DNA of 64,000 nt from Vicugna vicugna (taxonomy: Eukaryota): positions 744,001-808,000 of the forward strand of contig MU058054.1 in NCBI GenBank assembly GCA_013265495.1. Direction: 5' to 3'. The position numbers and the translations under genes are program-made. The notes under the pieces are model-generated. The model ran no database searches. It had not been told where the DNA came from and saw nothing but the letters and a program-made list of their open reading frames with translations. Positions 13,707 to 27,429 of this stretch are shown one piece after another; position 1 is the first letter of the stretch, and the number at the start of each line of letters is the position of its first letter.

Positions 13707-14493
13707 AGAGACAGGCTGTCTGTGGACTGTGCTCTGTAAACTGTTAGACTTTTCTCTTTAAACAGCATGAAAACTATTTCTGCTGTTATTTTCTGCATGC
13801 AGTCTTACAAAACTCGTTAACTGAAGGCTCTCCATTTCCTTTGTACACACTCTTACCTACATTGTAGCTAAGAATACAGCCTTATTACTAATACACTGTC
13901 AGATTATTGCCCTGTTATTTTGAGCAGTATCTGTTAAATTCTAGACACGCTAAACTAAGTTTTTTTTTTTTTCAATGACCCTTTGGCTGTCTCCTTCACT
14001 TATGGTTATAGTAATTTCACTTCTCTCTCTTAAACTTTCTCTCATCAAGAAGTTGTTCTCTGAATATGTGTTATAAACAGTACTTATCGTTGTATAGTTC
14101 CTAGGAGAAGTTAGGGCATTTACAAGATTTTATAGCACACAAAGAGAACGATTCCTGCCCTCAGGAAACTCACTGTCTGTAAATAGCCAAGACTGGGATT
14201 TCTAGTACTATCCTAGGATTGTGTAATTGATGGAAACTAACATTTTCAGGGGAATATGAGTGGATTCCATTGATGAGGTAATGGGGTTGACTTTATTATA
14301 TAAACCTTTTATATTGTGTGTTTATTTAATTGTTTTAGTTTCTAGATAATTCTTATCAGGAGCTCTAAGCTCTGTATTTGCTCAATATTTTTCCTTATGA
14401 CGTAAGTTACAATGTGAAGTAACAAGTAAATAAGCAAGATAATTAAGCCACAGTTATTTTAAAACGTGGCTTGAGGGCTTATATATACACATA

Positions 14494-14766
14494 TAGTTAG
14501 CCTTCTGCGTCCAGGGATTTTACGGCCACGGATTCAAGCAGTAGAGGGCCAAAAATATTCAGAAAAAAATTCCAAAAAGTTCCAAAAAATCTGTATTGTA
14601 GTAGGTACCATAAGTAATCGAGAGATGATTAAAGTATATTGGAAGATGTACATAGATTATATGCGAATACTGTGCCACTTTATATAAGAGACTTGAGCAT
14701 CCACAGATTTTGGTATCCATGGGGGATCCTGGAACCAGCCCCCCACGGATACTGAGGGACAGTTGT
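14494..14766. mobile_element. MER2/Tigger-type DNA transposon relic just upstream of AAGAB exon 5
   Basis: gacttgagcatccacagattttggtatccatgggggatcctggaacc...cacggatactgagggacagttg resembles the recalled MER2 consensus. Confidence 0.75.
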
Positions 14767-14829
14767 AGGTATGTATGTATGTATGTATAAGTGTGCGCCT
14801 AAATTTATGTATTTCTCCTCCCTGATTAG

Positions 14830-14913
14830 ATGACTTCCCAGAATCCACAGGAGTAAAGCGAATTGTCCAAGCCTTGAATGCCAACGTCTGGCCCAATGTA
14901 GTGATGAAGAATG
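14830..14913 (+). CDS. AAGAB: AAGAB coding exon 5 (84 bp; [28 protein letters not shown])
   Basis: attag| acceptor, |gtaagt donor; frame continuous with flanking exons. Confidence 0.96.
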
Positions 14914-15810
14914 GTAAGTAACTTGAGACTGAAGGCCCTACAGCGTTTTTTCTCCTGTTCCTTGGAAGTTTTAAATTCTTTGGATATATGTGGAAACATT
15001 AGGGTTGTATCAAATCTGCAGATTTGTTCAATTTTAAGTCCCTAGGTCAAAGAAGAGCCAAAAGTACCATTTCTAAGAATTTTAAATGTTCGTTTAATAG
15101 TTAATTCAAGAATTTAGAGCTTGCCTGTAATATGCCTGGCATTGTCTTTGACTTTGAGAAATACCCCAAAATTGTGAAATATGAATCCTATCCTTAAGGA
15201 TCTCATAGGCCCAAAGTGTGCACTTATAAAATGCTGGGTAACCGTGCAAGGCAGCCTTTGATGTGTGCAGAATGACTGATAAAAGCAGCAAAGGCATCAA
15301 GACCAGAGATGTGGCCTTTACTGCGAGCTTGAGCATAGAGAGAGTGTCAAGGTGAAAGCGGGTCTTGGCAGCCGTCCTCATGAGATGGTCAAGATTGAGG
15401 TTGGTGAAGGGGTGGGCCGAGAGTGGCAAGCAGGGCAGGAAGTGTGGCATGGAGAATGAAGGTTTATGTTCTAGGGCCACTGGAAGACTCTCACCTAGCA
15501 GCTGGAGCTAGCTTAGAAGAGAGAGGCCTGTATTCAAGGCAGGAGAATCTGGGCTTTTTCCTGTACTAGAGATTTTGTTCACCAGAGAGTAGTGCAGAGA
15601 AGTTGGCATCTTGAAAGGTTCATGCCGTGGTGGTATGCAGGCGATTGAAGCAGGTGGAGGTAGAGCCTGAAGTCAGGAGACCGGGCAGCTGCGGCTGCAG
15701 CTCAGCGCTCGGGCCTGGGCTCCCGTGCCGGCCATAGGCATGGGGGGAGAAGCTGCGTCCGAAATGCAGTCAGAAGGGAGTAGGCTCGTTGGTGTGCATC
15801 AGCCTCTTAA

Positions 15811-16234
15811 TGTCTGTAGCAGTTTGCTTGAGGCTGCAGAAACAAAATACAACAAACTGGAGGCTTAACAAAATACAGCAAGTATTTATTGCCTCACAGT
15901 TCTAGATGCCAGAAGTCCAAAATCGAGGTGTCAACAAGGCTGTGCTCCCTCGGAAGATGCTGGGGAAGGATGTGTTCCAGGTCTCTCTTCTAGCTTCTGG
16001 TAGTTCTTTGGTTTGCAGTGGCGTCACTCCAGTCTTCACGAGGTATCCTCCTGGGTGCCTGTCTCTGTTCACGTCTTTGCTATTGGATAATAGTCATAAT
16101 GAATTAAGGGCCCACCTACCCCAACATGATTTCCCCCTAGCTAATTGTATCTGCAAATAAGGTAATGTTCTGAAGTATTGGGGGTTAGAACTTCAACATA
16201 TGAATTTGAGGGTGGATATAATTCCACCTATAAC
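15811..16234. mobile_element. MaLR solo LTR (MLT1-like)
   Basis: tttattgcctcacagttctag...agaagtccaaaatcgaggtgtc and terminal acttcaacatatgaattt...ataaca are typical of MLT1. Confidence 0.75.
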
Positions 16235-17164
16235 ATATTTCTTCAGGAATTGTGGCCTCCGCAGCGTTTTGCTCTTCTCTGTAGCACTTGGCAGCCTCAG
16301 TGGGCATGTTATGCTGGGTGAGACACTACAGAAAGGAATAAGAAAAGTCATATTTAAGTGAGCTCACCCCATCTTCACTGAGATAAAGGGTCAAGTGGAA
16401 GATCAGTTTTATAGAAGTAGAATATTTCATTTCAGTATTTGGTTGACCCTTGAGTGTAAAGTGAGCTGGGCGCCCCTTAGCTTGCCTGAGATCTGTTCTA
16501 GCCCACGCCATCACTGGAGAATTTCCTCCTGGCATAGAAAGGTATTCCTCCCCTTTCCTTCTGTCTCCTTTCTCCTCACTTTATTCTTTCTAGGGGAATC
16601 TAATATGTCTGTTACATTGAATTGCACAGATAAATTAGATTTTATTCTGTTGTAGCAGCAATCAGGTTAAGGCCATGACAGATCTAGAAAAAGTGAAGAG
16701 ATTTTAGCCTATGTTGTCATCTCCTTGTTACCAGAACAAGCTCCCCTTGAGGCTTGGTCCTTCCCATTCATTCTTTCATCATTTCTTGTTGAAAACGTAG
16801 CATAGTGAGGCATTGCTGTCGACTGTCTTCACTATAACAGTGCGTTTAAGGTATGGTACCTAAATTGGATCAGTCTGGAATAACATTATATTCAGTGGTG
16901 CTTGTTATATTTATGAGAAATATTTTCAGAAGAGCTTATTTGGCTTCAGTCACTTTTAGAAAAAATCTGTCCCCCAAGTTTATACATTAAAGAAGTGCTG
17001 CCTTGTAATTTACATTTATAGCTATAAATTTAGAAGTTGGACTGAATATACTTTATTACTTTGGAATTATGGTCAAAGGTATTTTTTGAAAAAAAAAATG
17101 CTGTTCAGACACTAAACAGTACTCTTTTTTTTGTGCAAGTATTAAATTCTTTATTGTTATCATT

Positions 17165-17440
17165 AAGACTACTTTTTTTAGAGCAGTTTTAGATTCACAG
17201 AAAAACTGAGAGGAAAGTATATGGACTTCCCATATGTCTCCTACCCCATCGCATGTATGGGCTCCCTCTTATCAGCACCCCAGAATAGTGGTACGTTTGT
17301 TTCAGTTGATGGACCTGTATTGACTCATCGTAATCACCCATGGTTTACATTAGGGTTTACTGTTAGTGTTGTACAATTTTGGCATTTAGATAAATGTGTA
17401 ACGATGGTTATCCATTATTATGGTATCATATATAAAAGTA
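17165..17440 (-). mobile_element. Old L1 (L1MA/MB-like) 3' UTR fragment
   Basis: tttttagagcagttttagattcacagaaaaactgag...cagaatagtggtacgtttgtt is a typical L1M 3'-end sequence. Confidence 0.65.
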
Positions 17441-18589
17441 TTTTTTCCCTTTTTCAGTTTTATTATGTAGAATTATTCCAGTTCGACTGCACATACACAT
17501 TATATTGCATGTAAATACGTATATACAGTATACGGCACTTTTTGAAAGTTTTCATGTATGTGCTAATTATTGTTCCTAAGAACAGATTAGATCTTTAGCT
17601 TTCTAAACTTACATAGTTATCAAAGGAATAAAGCCAACTACAAAATAAGAATAACAGAATGTTATTCTAGTCGTAAAGGGCAGTCAGATGCACTAACCAG
17701 TACTCTTAAAGAGAACTACAGAGCAAGGAGGCCCACTGTGGGCTTTTCGTGATTCTTTGCCTAGATGTATCTTCGTTTTATTTCACTCTTTCTCTGCAGT
17801 GGTGGTAACATTGGTTTGCTGTTAACCAAAAAGCCAAAATATTGCCACTAGCTTAGTTCCATGTTTAAGAGGATCTTGACCTACATGGTGTGAAGGAAAC
17901 GTAACTTGTCCTCTCAGAGGAGCCCTAGATATGGAAATTCAGCAATATTTGGATGCAACCCTCATCTTAGGAAGCATAAGGGACATCCTTGTATATAGCC
18001 CCACATCTTAGAGACACAGCTCTGTATGAATATATGGTGAGTCATGTTACTGTCCCAGGATTGCCCTGCCTCCTGCGCTCTCTGCAGAGTCTTACTTTGC
18101 TGGTGGTCTTAGGGAACTGTGCCGGCTTCCCAGTAGACTGTTGGTTTTTTTTGTTTGTTTTTGTTTTTTTAATATTTTATTGAAGTATAGTTTTGAGTGT
18201 TGTCTGCCAGCAGGTGCTCACACTGGTTTATTTGTTTGGAGGATCTCTGTCTTTTCTACTTCTCTTTCTCTTTCATTTCCCCCATTTTTATCTTTCTCTC
18301 CTTCTATTTTTCTCTTACTTTTCAAAAATTGTGGTTAAATATACATAGCATGAAATTTACCATGTGTAAGAACACGGTTCAGAGGCATTAAGGTACATGC
18401 ACATAGTCGTGCAGCCATCAGCACTCAAAGCTTTTTAAACTAGAAAAAAATTTAAATCAAATAGTTGGTTGACAAAGTAAAGAAAGATATTAGAGGTAAT
18501 TCTTTTTTTGTTTGTCTTTCTATTGGATATGCAGCTAGTTGTTTAAGGAAGGAATAAATTTTTACACAAGAGTTTAGAGAACGGTAAGA

Positions 18590-21270
18590 GAGGCAGCTTA
18601 CCTAATTCATTCTAAGGCTAGCTTAAAACAATCCAAATCCCTAAAGGTAGTACCAGTGAAGAAACTTATTAGAGGCCATCTCATTTATGAACATAGATGC
18701 CATGATTTTAGTCAAAATATTAGCAACCCTAACCCAGAAATACATAAAGAGAATATAATATGACCTAGTTGGGTTATTCCAAGTGTCGCATTCTTTAATA
18801 AAAGAAAAATCTATTTGAATCACCACATGAACAGGTTACGGGGGAGAAATTGTATGATTTTGGCTATCAATGAAAAAAGCATTTACAAACTTCAAAATCT
18901 ATACAGAGGGAGGAAATAAAGAAACTGAACAAATTAGAAATGGGCTCCTGTGGCAGAAATTGATGATATGTAACATAGTAAATACCATACTGAATGTGAA
19001 ACAGGGAAATGTGGACAGTAGTGCCACCTAAAAGTGTCACTTTTAGGATATTCATGACTAGTTTTTTGTTTTTTTTTTTTAATTTAAAATTTTAAAAAAT
19101 TAAATTAATTTTAAAAATTAAATTAATTAAAATAATTTTTAATTAAAAATTTAAAACAATTTTTTGGGGGGAGGTGATTAGGTTTACTTGTTTATTTTTG
19201 GAGGAGATACTGGGGACTGAACCCATGGCCTTGTGTATGCTAAGCACTGTGCTTTGCCACTTAAGCTATACCCTCCCCCTGGTTTTTTCAAAAGTCCACA
19301 AATGACGAATGCTGGAGAGGCTGTGGAGAAAAGGGAACCCTCCTACACTGCTGGTGGGAATGCAGTTTGGTGCAGCCACTGTGGAAAACAGTATGGAGAT
19401 TCCTCAAAAGACTGGGATTTTTTTATTAGAAAAAATGACTGTAATACTGTAATTACAGTTGATTCTTTGGGATTATTACAATGCTGGTTACATAATTTCA
19501 ATTAATTACTTTGGATTATGTATTATCTACTTGGTATTTATCAAGCAGTATTAGAATACTGAGGTTTTGCCATACTGATCTTTAATTTTGTACTGATTCA
19601 GAAAAATATTAGTTTGAAACTCGTTAAAAATACATTTAAAATGTGCTCATCTTAAAAAACATTTCCAATTCTAGTAAGGACTATGAAAATTTAGCTGTAT
19701 GGCAGATATCCCTGAAAACATACAGATCTGCCTAGGGTTTTGTTTCTTTGTGGTTTACTGGCCACTTGGCATTCAAAAACCAAATGCTTAACGTGAAAAT
19801 CTAGTTAATTAAAAACTTAGAAATGAGTAGCTTCCTTCCTGTCTTCCACCAGGATAAAGTGGCTGTGTTTCCTAAGTGTGAATTCCTGATTTAAATGAAT
19901 AGACAACTCAGTCCTTTGGTTATTAAAAGTCTGAACAACTTAACCTGGTAATAGAATAACCTAATAATTTTTCGCTCCTAGTCTCTTCCTCAAAAGTTAA
20001 TGATGCAGAGGGCAAGTGGGGGTGGAAGGGAAGGATAAATTAGGAGTATGGGATGAACAGATACAAACTATGTGAAATAGGTAAGCAATAAGGATTTACT
20101 GTATAGTACAGGGAACTGTATTCAATATCTTTTTATAACCTATGATGGAAAATAATCGGAAAAAGATACATGCATATAAAACTGAATTATTTTGCTGTAT
20201 ACCTAAAACTAACACAATATTGTAAATCAACCATACTTCAATTTAAAAAAAAAAGAAATGAAGAATGTACCTTGGAGCTGAAAACACACACATACACACA
20301 AAAGTTAATGGTACGGAAACAACCAAATCAGAAATAGATTGGACTTCATCAAGATTGGACTTCAAAGGACACTTAGGAAAGGGGAGAGATAACCTGCAGA
20401 ATGGTAGGAAGTGTTTATCAACCATACGTATATCTGATAAGGATCTAGTATCTAGAATGTATACAGAACTCATACGGCTTAGTAATAAAAAGTCAACCCA
20501 ATTTAAAAATGGTGGGAGGTGTTGAACAGACATTTTTCCAGAGAAGACACACAAATGGCTAGTAAGTACATGAAAAGATGCTCAGCATCATTAGGCGTCA
20601 GGGAAATCACAAACTCAGTGTGAGACCACTTCATACCCACCACGTTGGCTGTAATCAAAAAGAGACAGTAACAAGTGTTGGTGAGGATACGGAGGAACTA
20701 GAACCCTCATACACTGGTGGCAGGAGTGGAAAACAGGGCTGCAGCCACTGTTGAACAGGAGTGATTGCTCTAAAAGTTAAATCGCATAACCCAGCAATTC
20801 CGCTCATAGGTACGACACCAGAGAGAAAACTTGTGCACACGTGTTCCTAGAAGCACCATTCATAATAGACAGGAAAGTGGAAACAGCTGCTGGACTGGAA
20901 GCAACTGCTGAAAAGAATACCCCTACAATGGAATATTATTCAGCCACAAAAAGAAACATCATGGTTGCCTGCTACAACATGGATGAACCTCAAAAACATT
21001 CTGCTTAAATGAATAAAAGCCAGATGCAAAGGCCACATATTTTAGTGATTGTACTTAAATGAAGTGTCAGAATAAATTCATAGACCGAAAATAGATCAGT
21101 GGTTCCCAGGGGCTGGAAAGAGGGGATATGGAATTTCTTTTTGGGGTGACGAAAGAGTTTGGGAATTACAAAGTGATGGTTACACAACTTTGTGAACATA
21201 CTAGAAACAACCAGATGTTATACTTTAGAGAAGATGAATCTTAAGATATGTAAATGATATCTCAGTAAGA
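18590..21270 (+). mobile_element. Cluster of old sense-strand L1 fragments (ORF2 and 3' UTR) interrupted by younger inserts
   Basis: gaaaaaagcatttacaaacttcaa (RT-like), gacatttttccagagaagacacacaaatggc, acaatggaatattattcagcc; nested younger L1 3' end with poly(A) at ~19995-20255. Confidence 0.65.
19063..19279 (-). mobile_element. tRNA-derived SINE (vic-1-like) with an expanded AT-only tail
   Basis: Reverse complement of the same head (ccacttaagctataccctcccc); about 100 bp of A/T low-complexity tail. Confidence 0.85.
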
Positions 21271-21477
21271 AGGAGAGAGGAAAGAAGGGAGGGAGGAATG
21301 GTGGGAGGAAGGGAATAGTGTCACTAATGATACTAACGGTAGAAGGGGCGGTGGCGGCGGTAGAAGGAAGTGATCGTGCTGATGAGCCGCTTCTGTCCAG
21401 ATGTTCCCATATTTCATCATAGGACCTGAATGAGTTAGGCATAGAGAGGTCAAGTAATTTCCCCAAGGTCATGGAAG

Positions 21478-22087
21478 TCATCAGTTCTCAACCTTGTTTG
21501 CACACTGCAGTCACCCGGGGAACTTCAAAAAGTACTGATGCCTGCATCTCACTCCTAGAGATTCTGTATCAATTGTTAGGAGGTGAGGCCTGGGCCTAGA
21601 GATTTTAGAAAACCTTCTCAGAGTAATTATCCCCAGGTAATTACAATATGCAGCCAAGTTTAAGGACCACAGGTATTAGCTATTAACTATCAAAGCCCCT
21701 GATCTGAACTTGGATCTCTATAATTTTGATGTCTCATGCATTTAACTCCTGTAACACGCAGCCTTATAAATTATTATGTTGTGATGAAACATCTGTCCTT
21801 TACTGCTGTTTCTCTGCAGAATCAAATGAGTTTCCTGTCCCAACACTGCCACTTCACTGTGTGCCATTAGGCACATCTAACTCTGTGCAGGCTTCATATT
21901 TAATCTGGAAAATGAGGTTGGTCTCCATCCATGGCCCTGGCTGCACAGCTGAATCACCGGGGAAACTTGTATGACCTGTGCGGTCTGGGTCTCACCCAGA
22001 CCATTTCTCTTAGAGGGGAGGGGTGGCTACAGTATTTTTTAGGTGTCTCAGGAATTCAGATACGCAGCCCTGGTTGAGAACCACTGG
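21478..22087. mobile_element. Two MER5-like hAT relics (~21478-21675 and ~21925-22087)
   Basis: cagttctcaacctt...gcagccaagtttaaggaccac and gcagccctggttgagaaccactg termini. Confidence 0.6.
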
Positions 22088-22546
22088 CATAAATGATAGT
22101 CATCTAGTTCTAACTTGTAGGAGTCTGTGCTTAATCCGTGGGAATAAAGTAGGCATTCTGGAAGCTGCATTAGCCCCCTGACTGATTGACTTTCTCCCTT
22201 TCCTAAGGCATGGGGTCTTGGCATCACTCCTCTGACATACAAAGCCAGAGGGGAGGGACGGGGCTGTGCTTAATGTAGAGGCACCTGGAGGCAGAGGTGG
22301 AAATAGTGGGCCCTGTCCTCTGTGCTCCCTTGGTGCGTGTTTCTAGTATGGCTAGTGTGACAAGGTCAGCAGTGCTTGTGGTAAATAATCCTCCTTGAGA
22401 CCAGAAAGGAGCAAGATGGCCTTTGTAAGTAGCTGCTTGTCTGGGATGCAGCTGAGACCCTTGCTGTATCTGGACCATTTTGAGTTTTTCTTCTGTTGAT
22501 CTCAAATTTCTTACTGGTTCACAATTTAAGATCGTATTTCAAATGT

Positions 22547-25100
22547 TCATTCATTCATTCATTCATTCAGAAAAATTCTTACTGAGTACTAGGTGCCAGA
22601 CATTGGTCTGTGTGCTGGGGATACGTCAGGGAACAAAACCAACATTTCTGTCCTTGTGAAGTTTTCATTCTGGTGGGAGACAGTGGTCAGGAGGTGGTAC
22701 AAGTAGTTAGTAAGTTGAACAGTGTGTTAGAAGACGATGAGTGACCTGAGAGGGAAAATAAGGCAGGGCTAGGGGTGTGGGGATGGCTGGGTAGATTGCA
22801 GTATTAAAGAGGGTGGTCCAAGCAGGTCTTCTTGAGAGCTTGAGGTGTGAGGAGGGGGAGGAGGTATTTGCCGTGCGGGTGTCTGGGAGAAGAGTGGAGC
22901 AGCCATGGGAAAGCTACAGCGAAGGCCCTGAGTTCGAGAAGGGATGCTGAATTGTTTGAAGCATATCGAGAAATGCACTGCGGCTAGGGGAGGGGAGGTC
23001 AGAGAGAGAGCGGAGGACCAGATTATTTAGAGTCTTGTCGGCCATCGTAGTGACTTTCACGTTTACTCAGGGTCAGCTGGGGAGCTTTTGCTGAATAGAA
23101 GAATAACATGATCTGACTTCACAGTTATGAAGAGCTCTCTGGCTGCTTTGTGGGGAATAGATGGCGGAGGAGGTGAGGGACCGGGAAGCTCTCTTAGGAG
23201 GCGACGGTGATACTCCAGGTGAAAGAGTGGTGGCCGAGTGGCCACGAGAGTCGTAGCAATGTACGGAATGAGAAAAGGTCCAGTGCTGGATCTATTTTCA
23301 GGTCATGCCAGCGTGATTTCCCAAGGGTTTGGAAGTGAGATGTGAGAGGTAGAGGGCCGTCAAGGAGGACTCCAGGGCTGGGGCCTGAGCGATCTGAAGG
23401 ATGGGTTGCCATCAGCTGCAGTGAGGAAGCCGCAGGGGGAAGCGGACTTCGCGGGGCAGAGTGATCCAGGAGTCATCTAGTTCTGAGCGTGTTAACTTTG
23501 AGATGGGCACTAGACTTCCAAGTGGAGGGACCAAGTAGCCGGATGGATAGAGGTGAGGGGTTTGTGAAAGGAGGCATATGCTTGGCATTTGAAACCTTGA
23601 ACCTGGATGAGATCACCAAGGGAGTAAGTGTAGTGAGTAAAGAGGACCAAAGACTCAGACCAGGGGCATCCCACCGTGAGGAGGACAGCAGGAGGAGAAG
23701 GAACCAGCCGGGGACACTAAGGAAGAAAGGGTGATGGGTGGGGTGGGAAAGTGCAGGGTGCAGAGTCCTGCAAGCACAAGGGGAGTGCTGTCAGGTGGAA
23801 GGAGGGCTCAGCTGTGCCAGTGCCGCTCACACGCCCAGTGAGGTGAGAGCGAGGATTGACCTTGGGGTTTAGCAGTGTGGAGGTCATCAGTGACCTTGAG
23901 GAGAGCAGTTTCAGTGAAGCAGGTTTAAGAGAGGTTGGGAGGAGAGGAATTGGAGAAGGTGACTCTAAACCATTCTGGAAGTTTTGCAGGAAAGAGGAGT
24001 AAAGAAATAGGTGGGTACTAGTGAGAAGAGTGTGGTTGAGTTTTATTTTTTTAAGATGAGAACAGGAGCAGCATTTCCTAGGCTGAAGGGAAAGATCCAG
24101 GAAAGAGCAGAAAACTGGTGAAGGAGGTGAGAAGGCAGAAGTGCTGGAGTGATGTCTTTAAGTAGGTGGGGTGGGGCAGTGGAGGGGCTGGCCGTGGGGA
24201 GGAGGGGAAAGGAAGTCCGTGGAAAGAGGCAGGAGGGGAGGATGTGGGTGCAGGTGTTGCTGGGTCGGGGAGGTGTGGCATGGAAATCTGGGGAAGTTTC
24301 TTTGGATTGCTTCAGTTTTCTCAGTAGGAAGCCAGGTTATCAGCTGAGAGCAGAGTAGCATTAGGGTTGGAGGAGAGAGAAAATGTGAATGTCATCCGAG
24401 AGAGAGAGAGAGTAGATGAACCTAGGGATGGATGCGAATGAAGCTGAAACGATAGACATGAATGACTGCTGGACAGCATGAAGGGGCCTGCTGGAAGTCT
24501 GGTGTGAGGAATTCATAGTAGAGCCAGGCAGCATAGAGGGGGTGTGTGCCTGTTGGGGGCTGTCTCCCCAGCTGCCTTCAGCTACATGGTTCCTAACATG
24601 GACTAATCAGTTGTGCTTTTATGAAGCAAGAGCGAGGCAAGGGGTTAGGCAGTGTATGTAAGAGAATGGTTGTAATGATTGACCGTGGAAGTTAAGATGG
24701 GTAAGAAAAGGAGAGAGAAGATCAGTGGGGACAGGGTCAGTGCAGAAGGTGGTTGTCTGGAGATCCCAGTGGAGTTGAAGGATAGTCAGGTTGAGGTACT
24801 GTAAGGGCAGGGGTGACCTGGGAAGATGTGGGGTGGCCAGAGAGTGGGATGCATGAAATTGAGATGATGGAGGGGTTGTAGTTGGTAAACAGAAGATCTC
24901 ATGGTGTGACCATGGGAACACATGGCTGAAGCAGGGCAGAGGACAGCATCAACAAAACAAGTTTAATGAGCCGAGTCAGGTTCTGGGAAGGGCCACCTGT
25001 GTGTAGATTGAACTTGCTAAGAATTCAGGCAGAAGTAGGATTGGAGAAAATGACCGTGAGCCAGTCATTAAAATTGTGAAGAAACGGGGGGAATGGTTGG
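22547..25100 (-). mobile_element. LINE-2 remnant
   Basis: (ttca)n 3' end at 22547-22568 followed by a purine-rich L2-like antisense body (ggatgagatcaccaagggagt, ggaggtcatcagtgaccttg). Confidence 0.7.
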
Positions 25101-26990
25101 GTGATGGTAACAAGGGGTCTTAGACACTGGCCGTTAACTGTTGTCTGTGTGAGAGTATCAGTAGGCTTTCCTATTCAGAGGAGGTTTCAGAAGTCATTTA
25201 ATCCAGTGATTCTCAGCCAAGCCCCCTGGGAGTAGGGGAGAGCAAATCAAATACTAGCCCGCCCTCTGGAGCTATTAGCTCGGCCCCCATTGACAGCGAC
25301 TTCAGCTGGTGAGCCGGTATCACCAGTTGATTGACAGGATGACTTATCTCTTGACTGCTTTTAGAAAGAAAACTCACAGGCACTTTTGAGCTGGTCTGTT
25401 CCATCCAGTACACGAAGAGCTTCTGTAGCATTCTTGCCAGGTGGTCGCCCTCCATTTTTGGTTGAATGCTTCTGAAAACAGGTGCCTCAGTACTTTGTGA
25501 AGCGGTCCTAGAAGCAGCTAGCTGCAGAGAGAAAGCAAAGAACCGTCCTGTTAATTCTCAGCAGGTAGAGTGTGTCAGGCTGGTAGCTCCAGGGAAGGAT
25601 ATTGATGTCATTTTGTGTCGTAGAGCTGAGAACAGTGGTGAAAGTGTCCTCTGCGGTGTGTCTTCCCTGCCTCTCCCTGTTACTGGCTTTCATTTTGATC
25701 ACTCTTCTTTCTAATCTTCCTTGGAGGAGACAAAAGTTCCAATGGAAATGATTTAACTCAGAGCTGTTGAAGTGACCACGGGGGATGGGAAGAATAGAGA
25801 TTGTCTAAATGATGAGTTTGGAAAAACCAAAGCTGAGAAGGGATTTAATTGGAATATGTAGTGTAGGGTATGTATGTATATATGTGGACTTGATTTCCCA
25901 AATTCCAGAAGGTAGTTTATGGGAGTACATTACACTAAGAGGTGATCCAGGCAGAAAATAGAGATGATTCCGAAGGGGCCACAGTGAATTCTTATGAATG
26001 ATAGTTGTACCTAATTCACTTTAGGAAGGCCCTTGGCCTAAGCTTTGTAAGACTTTTATTTTGAAGAGCTATCATGTTTTTCTTCCCAGTATTTTTCTGT
26101 GCAGTATTTTTTCTACCAAGCCTTGTACTGGCTGGATTGACTGGGATTACATGTTGTTGAATTTTATGGAAGTTCATAAGGGGCATTGTTGTTTTGGGTA
26201 TGCTAGTGTGTGTCAGCTAGCTAGGTGAAGACATGTGGAGCGTAGACTCCCCAAGTGTGCAGCTGGTGTGACGGCTTCCTTTCACAGACGGGGGAAATGA
26301 GGCCTCAGGGAAGAGAGGTGACTTGCCTGTACCCACCCAGTGAGTCAGTAGCTAAGGTGGGACCAGAGGGCAGGTCTCCTGGCCCAGGAGTGTTCTGTGT
26401 TTTTCCATTCCAGGGTATTGATTTCCATTGTCGGCTGTTAGAGAGGTGAACACAGAGCAGTTAAATAATTTATCCAGGCTGCATGGGAAATTATTGGCAG
26501 AGCCAGGTGAATTCATTCCTTTAAGAGCTCCCTCAGCCAAGGTGTCTGCTGACATGAGTAAGATTTTAATGAGATAGCCAGGAAGTAATGATCATGTCTG
26601 AGTTTTTGGACTTTTTAACTTACTGTATTTTAGATCAGTCCTTTTTAAACGGCTACCTGAAATGGTGTCGATACTAACTTTATCCCATCATTCTGCACAT
26701 AATCCAAAGTGCAGGTGAGGCTCCTGGATAGTTAATGTGATAAATACTTATGCATTACTTGTAAGTGAAAGATAGTTTATTTTAAATTATTTCACTTAGA
26801 GTCACAACAGAGTATTCTCTTCAGTTTAAGACTCATTTGTACATAGTAGGTGCTCAGTTAATGTGTTTTTTGTTACTTAATTTCAGCTTGTAGAAGCAAA
26901 ACAGATTAAATTATAGTACCACAGTTGTAGGCAAGTCACTCTTTTAGAAAGAGATTTATAAATCTTCTTGATATAGAGACATAACTTCTG

Positions 26991-27124
26991 TTTGTTTTGT
27001 CTTTGGTGAGGGAAGGTAATTCGGTTTATTTATTGATTTATTCTTAGAGGAGGTGCCGGGAATTGAACCCAGGACCTCATGCATGCTAAGCATGCGCTCT
27101 ACCACTTGAGCTATACCCTCCCCC
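26991..27124 (-). mobile_element. tRNA-derived SINE (vic-1-like)
   Basis: Clean A and B boxes; perfect 17-bp TSD tagagacataacttctg at 26974-26990 and 27125-27141. Confidence 0.92.
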
Positions 27125-27429
27125 TAGAGACATAACTTCTGGGTTAACTTATAATAACCTAGCTTCATATTCCTGGCTCTACCAATGTCTTGTTTCATAA
27201 GCTAAGGCATTTGTTCTTAACAGGGCATTATCCACCCCAAGAAATTGATTCTTGAAGCCAGGAAATTTATTTTGAAGGCAAAAAAAAATCTTCTTTTTAT
27301 TTATAAAGCACAGATACGCATATAACGTGTAAACATATACACAGTATATCCATGATATTATTGTTTCAATGAGAATATATCATAATTAGGAAAAAACAAT
27401 GTCTAGAGAGGCCCTGAGCGGTGAGAGGG

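Noticed and set aside
26991..27124. tRNA-like sequences (also at 9348, 19200, 34001 and 44683) as genuine tRNA genes
   Set aside because: Each has a non-tRNA 3' body, an A-rich tail and often a TSD, so they are SINEs.
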